A DNA stretch of 48,878 bases from IMG/VR virus record IMGVR_UViG_3300045988_060465, positions 1 through 48,878 of that record; one strand, 5' to 3'. Made by a program: the position numbers and the translations under genes. The notes under the pieces were generated by a model. The model had not been told where the DNA came from and ran no database searches. It saw only the letters and a program-made list of their open reading frames with translations. Within the stretch, counting starts at the first letter, position 1; each line of letters opens with the position of its first letter. This document shows, in pieces, positions 8,178 through 16,689 of this stretch. This DNA comes from a virus.

Positions 8178-8890
8178 TTAAAATAATGTGCTTGTTTCTA
8201 CTGCAATTCTTTTCTTTGCAATTTGACAATATTCTTTAGATATTTCATATCCTACATATTTTCTTTTGTTAAGCTCTGATGCGATAGCAGTTGTTCCTGT
8301 TCCTAAGAATGGGTCAACAATCGTATCTCCCTCAACACTGAAATTTTTAACAAACCAATCTGCAATTTCGTATTTCATTATTGCTCCATGCCCTTTAAAG
8401 TGTTTTTCATTAACTGAGCTATGCACAATATTTTTGATTGACCCATAGGCTCTAAATTCCTCTGCCTGTTCATTTAAAACAAAGAAATATTCAACTGCAT
8501 TACATACTGATGTAAGTATGTTTCCGTTCTCATCTTTAATCTTGTTGATACTTGGTTGAGGGTTTGTTTTCTCCCAAATTACAATTCCTTTTAATTTATC
8601 TGCGAAATATCCAATGTATTTATAAACATCTTTTTTGTTGAAATATGTTGCTTGAATATTCACAATTACATCTTTCTTGCACACTCTTAACAACTCATTC
8701 GTTACATCAACGATCATCTTGTAATAATTGTTTTTAACATCATCATAATGAGCGTACTTGTCATTTCTTACCCTGTTATATGGAGGGGATGTAATCGCAA
8801 CATCAAATTGATTGTCTTTAATTTCTTTCAATCCTTTTAAACAATCTTGATTATAGATAACCCCCCCGTTAGATTTATCTGTTTCTCCAT
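8178..8890 (-). CDS. N6/N4 DNA methyltransferase (beta class). The ATG at 8890 is out of frame with the body because of a G7 tract; the track ORF 8178..8831 starts at an internal TTG
   Basis: Motif IV DVAITSPPY and motif I IVDPFLGTGTT. The upstream frame encodes the expected N-terminus ...YNQDCLKGLKEIKDNQFDVAITSPPY. AAAGGA-7nt-ATG (8888..8890) becomes in-frame if the tract 8861..8867 is G8. Confidence 0.6.
8861..8867. repeat. Homopolymeric C7/G7 tract at the 5' end of the methyltransferase gene
   Basis: Seven consecutive C on the plus strand. Its length sets the reading frame between the ATG and the catalytic body. Confidence 0.85.
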
Positions 8891-8924
8891 TTATTTATCC
8901 TTTCCATGTTCTCGACTTAATATT

Positions 8925-9524
8925 TTAAAATAATTTGATTTCCTCAAGTCTTTCTTTTGCAATGTCGAAATACTCACTATCTATTTCACATCCAATAAAC
9001 TCATATCCTAATTCTTTACAAGCTACACCTGTTGTCCCACTTCCCATAAAAGGGTCAATTAACCTCTAAAGGCATTTGGCATGGGTGCTTAGTTTTAACC
9101 TTTGATACATTCTTAACTTGGTTTACATTCCACCAATCGTAAAGCTTGCATCCTAACTTGCCTTCCTCTATTCTCTTTTTGATTCTTTTGTCGTTTGGAT
9201 TTTTATATGGTTGAAGCACTTGCTTGAAATTAGGCTCAACACCGAAGAAAGCAATATCTCTATGTTGCTTTGCGGTATTTGAGTTATATACCCATGAGCA
9301 AACTCTTGTTGGCACATCTCCGTTATACAACGCTATCTTGTATAGCGATTCAGGATAATGTATTACAACGTATGGAGTGTTGTTTGTCTTAAACACTTGA
9401 TTTAATAAATATAAATACTCTTGTTCACTCATTTTGTCTTTGTATGTATTGTAGTGATAACCAACATTGAATGGAATTGTTCAGACTTGAGATAATCCAA
9501 ACAATTCACGTTATACAATTTCAT
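8925..9524 (-). pseudogene. Decayed DpnA-like DNA methyltransferase carrying at least two frameshifts
   Basis: Three frame pieces: MKLYNVNCLDYLKSEQF (from ATG 9524), then ...[38 protein letters not shown] (9055..9480), then [32 protein letters not shown] (8925..9065). DPPY is degraded to IPFN. Confidence 0.55.
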
Positions 9525-9727
9525 TTCAAAAATTCTCCAATGTAAATTTCTCCCTTGATAACATACACATTCTTGTAGTTTTGCTTTGTTACCCCTAGAA
9601 AGTCTTTACCAGGCTTTTTAAAAGCCAGTTTCCCATCTTTTGTACAGTATTTGTATTTGTTAGAACTATCATCATCACATCTTTGAACACTGTACATAAG
9701 TTCATCATCATATCTTTTCGCAATCAT
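9521..9727 (-). CDS. Hypothetical protein, 68 aa
   Basis: ORF. Its TGA stop overlaps the ATG of the decayed methylase (ATGA). Confidence 0.4.
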   Translation of the reverse strand: MIAKRYDDELMYSVQRCDDDSSNKYKYCTKDGKLAFKKPGKDFLGVTKQNYKNVYVIKGEIYIGEFLK

Positions 9728-10129
9728 CTAGAATGGCATCCCTTCGTCATTATCATAATGTTCAGGATATGATTGATAATTTACTTGATTTGTAAATGGT
9801 ACTGTTTGTGGTATTGTAGCGTTGTTTAAAGCCAATTCTACGTCCATAACGTACACGCTAATCTTATACACTTTCTGATTCTCTTTGTTCGTGTATGAGC
9901 TTTTTTGAAGCTTTCCATCAACTGCGATATGTTGCCCTCTGAATCCATATTGATTAATATGTTCTGCATTTTCTCCCCATGCAGTGCAATCGAAGAAAGA
10001 TTTAAACTCTTGTCCGTTCTTTCCTTTCTCCTTAACTTCAATTGAGAAGTTACATAAGCTTTGTCCTGTAGCAGTTTTCTTTAAAACAATATCGCTACCG
10101 ATTTCACCTGATAAAATAACTCTGTTCAT
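9728..10129 (-). CDS. ssb: Single-stranded DNA-binding protein
   Basis: OB-fold SSB pattern and an acidic C-terminal tail ...DNDEGMPF. Confidence 0.75.
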   Translation of the reverse strand: MNRVILSGEIGSDIVLKKTATGQSLCNFSIEVKEKGKNGQEFKSFFDCTAWGENAEHINQYGFRGQHIAVDGKLQKSSYTNKENQKVYKISVYVMDVELALNNATIPQTVPFTNQVNYQSYPEHYDNDEGMPF

Positions 10130-10144
10130 TTCTTTTCAACTCCT

Positions 10145-10789
10145 TTATACAAATTCAACACCTATTGAATTAGGTCTGATTCCTTCTATCATCTGATACA
10201 TATGTGATTTAGAAATGAAATTCTTTCTAGCACACTCGGCAATTGAAGAATAGACTGTATCGCCTATTCTCACTTTCTTCTTGTTTCTCAATCCCTGAAT
10301 CTGAGCTAGTTTGATAACTCTTAGGTTTTCGATTTTCATTTCGCCGTCCCAAACGATAGAATCATTCTTTTCTATTTCCCCAACGAAAGCTTTGTAGGCT
10401 TCAAACAATACATTCAAGTATCGTTTCCCTTCTTTAAAGTTCACTACAACTCTGTATATTGATTCCGTTTCCTTTTTAGCTTTCATTTCCCTTTGTTTTC
10501 CTTTTAGATCAACAGAAACAACTCTTAAATAACTTGTAATGTAATATCTGATTCCTGTTTTACTTTCGCCTAGTAGTTGGAATTGCTCAGCATCTTCGCT
10601 TGTTACCTTTCTTCTTTCTTCCTCATCCGTTTCAACAGGAAGAAGAATACATCCTTTGTAGGTTTCCTCGTTCCGAACCATTTTGGAGAACTGAGCATTT
10701 GTAATGCACAATTCCCTCATTACTTCTTTTGAAGATACGATTCCACGTACAACTGATATATCGTTTTTTTCCAACATATAATATTGCAC
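10145..10789 (-). CDS. Hypothetical DNA-binding protein with a NUMOD-like C-terminal HTH
   Basis: C-terminal IGDTVYSSIAECARKNFISKSHMYQMIEG resembles NUMOD1-type HTHs. No nuclease motif was seen. Confidence 0.3.
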   Translation of the reverse strand: MQYYMLEKNDISVVRGIVSSKEVMRELCITNAQFSKMVRNEETYKGCILLPVETDEEERRKVTSEDAEQFQLLGESKTGIRYYITSYLRVVSVDLKGKQREMKAKKETESIYRVVVNFKEGKRYLNVLFEAYKAFVGEIEKNDSIVWDGEMKIENLRVIKLAQIQGLRNKKKVRIGDTVYSSIAECARKNFISKSHMYQMIEGIRPNSIGVEFV

Positions 10790-10807
10790 TTACTACCCCT
10801 CCATTTC

Positions 10808-11389
10808 TTATCCGTTATTCATCAAATCTCCCAACATTTTCATGCCTTCCTCCTTTTTTGGAGGTGCAGGCAATTGATCGTGTTGTTGATACATTTCAAA
10901 ACTGATTTGACCTGAATTTAATAACTGTACTTCTTCTTCACAAATCTCTTTATACGCTTGCAAAAATCTATCTCGGTAATATTGCAAGTCTTTTTTATTG
11001 CTCCACGCAATATCTCTTAACAGATAGCTCCCTCCGAGTGCTTTCTGAATGTTTCTAGGCAGTTTATCGTAGTTGACCTTACTAGTATGAGGGCCACACT
11101 TAGCGTTCCTTAAAACGATTTCCCAAGCCTCTCCACACTCTTTAGTTTTTCCAATAGCAGTTTTATTAATTCTTGTTTTTACTTGTGCTACATTTGGAGC
11201 AAACTCTCTTGTATCACTTTGGATAATTTGATTGACTGCATTTGCCACAACTAAGTATTCATAATCCTTAAAAGATACTTGCCAAAGTTTTAAATAGGCT
11301 TGCGTATCTTCCTGAGTCATATGTTTGTAGCTCATAGGATAATTGATTCTTAGCACCTGTAAGATTCTTTCAGTTTCTTCTAATGTCAA
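10808..11389 (-). CDS. G39P-like helicase loader/inhibitor domain protein
   Basis: N-terminal ...LRINYPMS...YLKLWQVSFKDYEYLVVANAV... parallels the SPP1 G39P N-domain. Located directly after the replisome organizer. Confidence 0.45.
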   Translation of the reverse strand: MTLEETERILQVLRINYPMSYKHMTQEDTQAYLKLWQVSFKDYEYLVVANAVNQIIQSDTREFAPNVAQVKTRINKTAIGKTKECGEAWEIVLRNAKCGPHTSKVNYDKLPRNIQKALGGSYLLRDIAWSNKKDLQYYRDRFLQAYKEICEEEVQLLNSGQISFEMYQQHDQLPAPPKKEEGMKMLGDLMNNG

Positions 11390-12117
11390 AATGCATACCC
11401 CATTTCTTTTCTCGTCAATTGTCTTTGACCGCCATTGTTATTGTTCTGCAACTTGTAGAATGTTAGCCAATTGTGCATGATGCTCTGATTTACAATAGCA
11501 ATCTTTGTAACATCATCTACTGCCAATTTATCTAATTCATTTAAAGACAATTTCATAGCTCTAACAGTCAAAGGTTTTCTTGCTTTAGTACGCATATCTA
11601 CAAAGTCATGCAATGCATCTTGCAAATCTTTGCTTTCTGTATACTCTGCAATAATTGATTTAACTGTTTCTGACTTTTGTTTCTTTTTTCCCTTATATAT
11701 ATCTGTATTATTAAATGTATTATTAATACTTGTATTATTATCCGTATCGTTTTTGATACTAGATGAGGTATCGTTTTTGATACTAGGGTCGTAACACTTC
11801 TGAACTGAGGTGGTATCAATTTTTATACCACTATCAATACTTAGGATTCGTTTATCGACTTCCTTTGAATTTGGCTTGTATGTCAATGTTCTATAAACAT
11901 ATCCTTTAGTCACTAACGAGTTTACCCAACGCTTAACACTTAGGACGGATACTCCATATAGTTCTGCAAAATATTGATTAGATGCCCAACAATATCCTTT
12001 TTCGTTGCATAACGCAGTGATTTCTCCGTATAGTAATTTTGCGTTTGGAGCTAAATCTTTATCGTATCTTACGTTTGCTGGAATAATCGCATAATATGAT
12101 CTTTGTTGTTCTTCCAT
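11386..12117 (-). CDS. Phage replisome organizer (DnaD-like N-terminal domain) protein
   Basis: N-terminal YYAIIPANVRYDKDL...KLLYGEITAL...GYCWASNQYFAELYGVSVLSVKRW pattern. Internal low-complexity linker encoded by DNA iterons. Confidence 0.55.
   Translation of the reverse strand: MEEQQRSYYAIIPANVRYDKDLAPNAKLLYGEITALCNEKGYCWASNQYFAELYGVSVLSVKRWVNSLVTKGYVYRTLTYKPNSKEVDKRILSIDSGIKIDTTSVQKCYDPSIKNDTSSSIKNDTDNNTSINNTFNNTDIYKGKKKQKSETVKSIIAEYTESKDLQDALHDFVDMRTKARKPLTVRAMKLSLNELDKLAVDDVTKIAIVNQSIMHNWLTFYKLQNNNNGGQRQLTRKEMGYAF
11744..11786. repeat. Two direct 19-bp iterons GTATCGTTTTTGATACTAG with a 24-bp period, candidate ori
   Basis: Lie inside the replisome organizer gene, next to the AT-rich TATTATTAA repeats (11701..11740) and the inverted repeat GTGGTAT/ATACCAC (11810..11832). 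Confidence 0.5.
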
Positions 12118-12129
12118 TCATCACACCTC

Positions 12130-12660
12130 CTAACATTCTGTACCTATGTACTTTGTATGGAAAACGTAAGCAACTGCCATTGCTTGCCATATGTCTTTCT
12201 TGAATCCGTAGAAATATCCAGGCTCTTTTTTTGTTCCTTTTCCTTTGTTTGGAGTGTCTTTAGCAAACAAATCAATCAGAGCTTGAATAATATTACTGTC
12301 TTTCGCCTTCATAGAGTGGCATAGAAGCATTTTTTCTTCTTTCCTATATACAAACTCCACTTCCCACAAAAGCTTCAAACAATGCTCTTTAAATCGCCCT
12401 ATCCATACACACGTATCAAATACAGATGCACCAACTACCATCCCATAAGAAGCAATCATTTCAATAGCTACATATCGAATATCGTATGTTAACTTGAAAC
12501 GAGTAAGTAATTTCATCAATTCATGATTTTCAACTTTTCCTTTTTCTAGGACTTCGCTTAAATCATCTGCAACAACTACATATGCACTCTCTATATTTCC
12601 TGGGTCAATTCCAATGAAAGCCATTTTAAGCACCTCCAATTTCAAACTTAGTAGCATCAA
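12130..12660 (-). CDS. RuvC-like Holliday junction resolvase
   Basis: N-terminal AFIGIDPG motif and a downstream AIEM acidic residue. Confidence 0.55.
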   Translation of the reverse strand: MMLLSLKLEVLKMAFIGIDPGNIESAYVVVADDLSEVLEKGKVENHELMKLLTRFKLTYDIRYVAIEMIASYGMVVGASVFDTCVWIGRFKEHCLKLLWEVEFVYRKEEKMLLCHSMKAKDSNIIQALIDLFAKDTPNKGKGTKKEPGYFYGFKKDIWQAMAVAYVFHTKYIGTEC

Positions 12661-13105
12661 GTTTTTTCTTTTCTGAATTCATCTTAGCTTCAATACTCTC
12701 GTAAGCAGTTTTGAAACGCTTTAAATCAGAATCAACTTTTGCAAACTTAGTTCTTTCCTCAGAAACTTTTTGACCTGCTAAAGCTTCAAAGTATTTAATA
12801 CTAGGCGCTTTTCCGTCATGTTCACGTTCCCAAGTACTACGTTCTACATAAATAGCTTGATTCGTCTTGTTTTCAATGTTTGCTTTAAGAATGTTTGAAC
12901 TTTCCTGTAATCTAGCAATCATTTCACCAATTAAGAACATTTGATTTGCGAGGTTTTCAATGTTCAATGCCATTTCCATTACTGTTTCTGCATCTGAAAT
13001 ATAAGCATCAACCAAGATTGAAAGTTGTTCTTGAATTTCATCATCTTTCCAATGTTTGATTTTGAATGGGTTGTATTTAAACAATAGTTCATTTTGACTT
13101 AGCAT
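12626..13105 (-). CDS. Hypothetical coiled-coil protein, 159 aa
   Basis: ORF. Confidence 0.4.
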   Translation of the reverse strand: MLSQNELLFKYNPFKIKHWKDDEIQEQLSILVDAYISDAETVMEMALNIENLANQMFLIGEMIARLQESSNILKANIENKTNQAIYVERSTWEREHDGKAPSIKYFEALAGQKVSEERTKFAKVDSDLKRFKTAYESIEAKMNSEKKKLDATKFEIGGA

Positions 13106-13403
13106 TATATTTCACCTCTGATTCATCAATGTTTCCGTAGATACGTTCTAGGTACTTAATTGCAATCTCTCTCAATTTCTTTCCTTTAGGACTTTCTGAG
13201 TCCATGATTCTATGACAACGTTGGCAAGCACAGACTAGGTTTTTTTCAGAACCTAGTCCGCCATTGCTTCTTGAAAGAATTGTATGTGCTAATTCAATGC
13301 GATATGTACTCCCACAAAATATGCACATTTGGTCTCTTTCTTTTACCAACTTTCTAGTTTTTAAATCTATATCTGTAGCTTGGCTACGTTTTGATTTATA
13401 CAA
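13089..13403 (-). CDS. HNH endonuclease
   Basis: CxxC...ELAHTI...N...CxxCH zinc-binding HNH motif. Confidence 0.65.
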   Translation of the reverse strand: MYKSKRSQATDIDLKTRKLVKERDQMCIFCGSTYRIELAHTILSRSNGGLGSEKNLVCACQRCHRIMDSESPKGKKLREIAIKYLERIYGNIDESEVKYNAKSK

Positions 13404-14142
13404 GACTTACACCTTCGGGTTGTAACCCTTGTGGTTCTTCGGGTTGCGAATATGTTTGTGGTTGTACAGGTGCTTGCTCAACAATGTTTGTAGGTTGTTG
13501 GATTGGAGTTTCATCCAATTTCATATCCACATTCATTTCTTCCTCTGAATACATCTGTTGGAAATCGTTAGGGAATGTTTCTCTTAACGCTTGAGTAATG
13601 GCAACTTTACGAATCATAGTTGCGGCTTTCGTACTCCATTGTGAGTTAAGTTTTCCTTCTTTTGTTTTTCCTGCGTATTCTTCAAATGAAACTTCAATGT
13701 GCGTTGGATGAGAAACATTCTTTCTAAATACATCTGCCCATCCACCGACAACTTCTTCACGATCTTTTAAGTAGAAAGCACCTTTTCGGTAAGTTAACTC
13801 ACCACTTTCATTGTTAATTACAATGATTCCAGCATCTAAACCATCAAACTCTGAATTTCTTTCGGCACGTTTCAAGAAAACATCTTTTGAAACGACCATT
13901 TGAGCTGGTGTTGTATTTCCATACTTGATTAAGTAGCAATCTTTAATGAATGGGTTCAATCCTTGTGATTTACACAAATTGATGAAATACACAACTTCTT
14001 GATCTGAGATTTGACCATTTCCATTTACTAGATAGTTTCTTACGATAGCTGGAGATAATTTAACTTTTTCTCCGTTAGCAGAAAATTCTACCAATTGATT
14101 GTCGTTTTTCTTTGAAATATTGTTTTGTAACATAATTAACAT
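13396..14142 (-). CDS. recT: RecT-family single-strand annealing protein
   Basis: GLNPF..DCYLIKYG...Q core typical of RecT. Confidence 0.65.
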   Translation of the reverse strand: MLIMLQNNISKKNDNQLVEFSANGEKVKLSPAIVRNYLVNGNGQISDQEVVYFINLCKSQGLNPFIKDCYLIKYGNTTPAQMVVSKDVFLKRAERNSEFDGLDAGIIVINNESGELTYRKGAFYLKDREEVVGGWADVFRKNVSHPTHIEVSFEEYAGKTKEGKLNSQWSTKAATMIRKVAITQALRETFPNDFQQMYSEEEMNVDMKLDETPIQQPTNIVEQAPVQPQTYSQPEEPQGLQPEGVSLV

Positions 14143-14990
14143 TCTCCTTTTTCTAAAATATTGACTTTCACATCATGTTCTTTAATAAATTGATTCAAAA
14201 TCGGATTAAACGCTTGTAACTCTTCCATAGAGCCTTCAAAACGGAATACGCAGTATCTTCTTACTTGAGATTGACTTTGGCTTTCATGAGCTTCTAATTG
14301 GCTCTGAACAGGTGCTACATTTTCTCTTTCCATTTGAGCTTGTTTAGATTGCTCAATCTGAGCATTTACTTTTTCTTGAAGTTTAGCTTTGGCTTCCTTG
14401 ATCTCATTAATACGTTCTGTAGCTTTGCTTAAATCCAATGTCTTACAGAATAATTGAATAACTTGTTCCGCCTGTAGTTCATCATCAGGTAAAGAAGCTT
14501 CAATAAAAGATAATTGTTCTTCCGCTTTCGAGAACTTGTTATTCAATGATTCTTCAATTTCCTTAGGTTTAACAGACTTGTTCAAATATCTTTCTTCAAA
14601 AACTAAATCAAATGGATATTTGTTGTTCGTCATGTTTAACCATAACTCTTTGATTTGATTACGCTTCAATTCTTTCTCTGCATTATCAATATCATTGATT
14701 CCGTTACCTAATTTGTCCGAAGCAGCTTTGATTGTTTTCTCAACATCCCTAATGTCTTTCTTGTCTTGCAACCACTGAGCGAATACATCATTCTCAACTT
14801 GCTTACGCTTGTCTGAGACAATCTTTACTAAGTTGTTTAATGTAGTTCTGTCAGATTTTGCTTGTTTGTAGTTGTTTTCGTCAACAATATAATCGTAAGC
14901 TTTCAATCCTTCTTGAATTGCAGGCAATAAATCACTTGCATTTGTGTACACTTTTCCGTTTTGTGCACGTACCTCTAAATTAAATTCCAT
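14136..14990 (-). CDS. Hypothetical protein between the exonuclease and RecT, 284 aa
   Basis: ORF. Its position suggests a recombination accessory protein. Confidence 0.4.
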   Translation of the reverse strand: MEFNLEVRAQNGKVYTNASDLLPAIQEGLKAYDYIVDENNYKQAKSDRTTLNNLVKIVSDKRKQVENDVFAQWLQDKKDIRDVEKTIKAASDKLGNGINDIDNAEKELKRNQIKELWLNMTNNKYPFDLVFEERYLNKSVKPKEIEESLNNKFSKAEEQLSFIEASLPDDELQAEQVIQLFCKTLDLSKATERINEIKEAKAKLQEKVNAQIEQSKQAQMERENVAPVQSQLEAHESQSQSQVRRYCVFRFEGSMEELQAFNPILNQFIKEHDVKVNILEKGEC

Positions 14991-15009
14991 ATTTCCATCT
15001 CCTCTTTTT

Positions 15010-15681
15010 CTATATAGACAATGTGATAGGTGGTTCTACATCACCTACGAAGTACCTATCCCATTTTTCTATCATTGCTTGTTTTAGATCGTTCATACTG
15101 TCTAAAGCTTCTTCTTTACGATATGAACGCTCAATAATTCGTGCATCACCATCTGCAAATCTTAGTTCTGCACAATAAATAACAAAGTCAAAATCCGTAA
15201 CAATTAATCCTTCTAACGTTTGGCAATAGTAATTGTCAGGAACTGTTTCGTTTCCTTTACTTCCCCATTTCTGCAAACTCTGAGAATTAATTATCTTAGA
15301 TGTTTTAATTTCTAAGATTCCTCTTGCTCCTGTTTCTTTGTTGTAGATAAGTCCATCAGGACTGTATCTCAAGAACTCATGTTCCTTAGAAACTAATGTA
15401 ACGTTGTCCACGTACTGTACATCCAACTCAGGATGTTTCGCCTGAAACAATGTTCTTAAACAAGGCTCTGCGGTATTTCCATACTCAATTGCATCATTCG
15501 TAATTTGTTGTGAACCAAATTTCTTATCGTGCCACAACTGATTCAATGTTTTCCATGGATTCAAATCCATGAAACAAGCTGCATCAGAACCTCCAATGCC
15601 TCGTCCTCTTTTCTTAAGCCATTCCTCATGACTTCCATACTTTTCAACACTAAACTTTTCAGTGTCTTGATACAGATTCAT
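15010..15681 (-). CDS. YqaJ-like (lambda Exo-type, PD-(D/E)XK) recombination exonuclease
   Basis: GIGGSDAACFMDLNPWKTLNQLW N-terminal motif and PDG...LEIKTSK. Confidence 0.65.
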   Translation of the reverse strand: MNLYQDTEKFSVEKYGSHEEWLKKRGRGIGGSDAACFMDLNPWKTLNQLWHDKKFGSQQITNDAIEYGNTAEPCLRTLFQAKHPELDVQYVDNVTLVSKEHEFLRYSPDGLIYNKETGARGILEIKTSKIINSQSLQKWGSKGNETVPDNYYCQTLEGLIVTDFDFVIYCAELRFADGDARIIERSYRKEEALDSMNDLKQAMIEKWDRYFVGDVEPPITLSI

Positions 15682-15898
15682 TTTTCACCTCTCCCTTTAA
15701 TACGTACTTGGCATATGATGTTTTATCTCCAAACCGATTTTTTGAAGTTTCGGTTTGAGTTTCAATGTCATATCCCAAATCTCTTAAATCCCAAATTCTT
15801 GCACCTAAACGAGTGATTCCATATTCTCTGATAGCTTCTAAAGGAGTGATAGAACCATATTCCTTTAGGCGCTTTATGACTCTTTCTGTTTGAGTCAT
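15659..15898 (-). CDS. Small winged-helix DNA-binding protein, 79 aa
   Basis: IKRLKEYGSITPLEAIREYGITRLGARIWDLR pattern of phage wHTH proteins. Confidence 0.4.
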   Translation of the reverse strand: MTQTERVIKRLKEYGSITPLEAIREYGITRLGARIWDLRDLGYDIETQTETSKNRFGDKTSYAKYVLKGEVKNESVSRH

Positions 15899-15899
15899 T

Positions 15900-16235
15900 T
15901 TACAAACCTCTTATGTACCAATTAGCTATCACAATGAAAGCTAGAGAAACTAAGAAACAAATAAGAGAACAAATGTAATTGAATTTAGCAGCACGATTAA
16001 CCATATGAGTCTGCTTTTGACTTCTAACCGCCATAGAATATTGAGTTTCATACTCGTTATTGGCAAAAGAAGGAAGCGTGATACAATCACCTAACTCAAC
16101 TGCTTTCTTCTTTGCAGTTGATTTAGAACCAGGCTTCTTCGTCTCTTTCTGCTTTGCAGAAGTCGTAACAGTAGTCTTCGTAACTGTACTCATCTTGTTC
16201 TTCCTCCTCATCTTCATCAATAAAACGGTTGTCAT
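15900..16235 (-). CDS. Basic protein with a C-terminal membrane anchor, 111 aa
   Basis: K/T-rich N-terminus and a hydrophobic C-terminus. Confidence 0.35.
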   Translation of the reverse strand: MTTVLLMKMRRKNKMSTVTKTTVTTSAKQKETKKPGSKSTAKKKAVELGDCITLPSFANNEYETQYSMAVRSQKQTHMVNRAAKFNYICSLICFLVSLAFIVIANWYIRGL

Positions 16236-16262
16236 CCAACTCTCTTAAATCATCTACATCCA

Positions 16263-16478
16263 TCATTTCTCACACCCCACTATTTCTTTAAATTCAGGAA
16301 ACATCTTTACGAACAGTTTTGTTGGAACTTTCTTTGTATCTATCACTTTGGATAGATTGGACTTTTTGTAAGCCTCCGATTCGCAAATAAGATTCAACAT
16401 CTTGTATGCGGTTTTCTTAGAAACACCAAGTTCCATGATGTCTCTATACCCAAGCAACACTTTCATTCCTTTACACAT
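16263..16478 (-). CDS. Small HTH protein (Xis/AlpA/MerR-like)
   Basis: LLGYRDIMELGVSKKTAYKML helix-turn-helix. Confidence 0.3.
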   Translation of the reverse strand: MCKGMKVLLGYRDIMELGVSKKTAYKMLNLICESEAYKKSNLSKVIDTKKVPTKLFVKMFPEFKEIVGCEK

Positions 16479-16675
16479 CTTTTCCCAACTTCAAATCCGT
16501 ATCCGTAAATAATTGAAAGCAAGCTTGATACTTCTTTTAAATCTTCATTTCTACATCCGTTTCTGATTAGTACATCAAGAACTCTTTCTTCCGCTTGTAC
16601 TGATTCATGGATTAATCTAATTGAATCTGTACTTCCACAATCCATTCTTCCACTTGGTTCTGCCATTTTATTCAC
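16463..16675 (-). CDS. Hypothetical protein, 70 aa
   Basis: ORF. Confidence 0.35.
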   Translation of the reverse strand: MNKMAEPSGRMDCGSTDSIRLIHESVQAEERVLDVLIRNGCRNEDLKEVSSLLSIIYGYGFEVGKRCVKE

Positions 16676-16689
16676 CCTTTCTTATCGTT

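Noticed and set aside
9055-9432. Treating the track ORF 9055..9432 as an independent gene
   Set aside because: It is the middle fragment of the decayed methyltransferase. Its N-terminal and C-terminal motifs lie in other frames on either side.
11598-11819. 73-aa minus-strand ORF inside the replisome organizer gene
   Set aside because: It lies in an alternative frame of a well-supported gene across the iteron region. Spurious.
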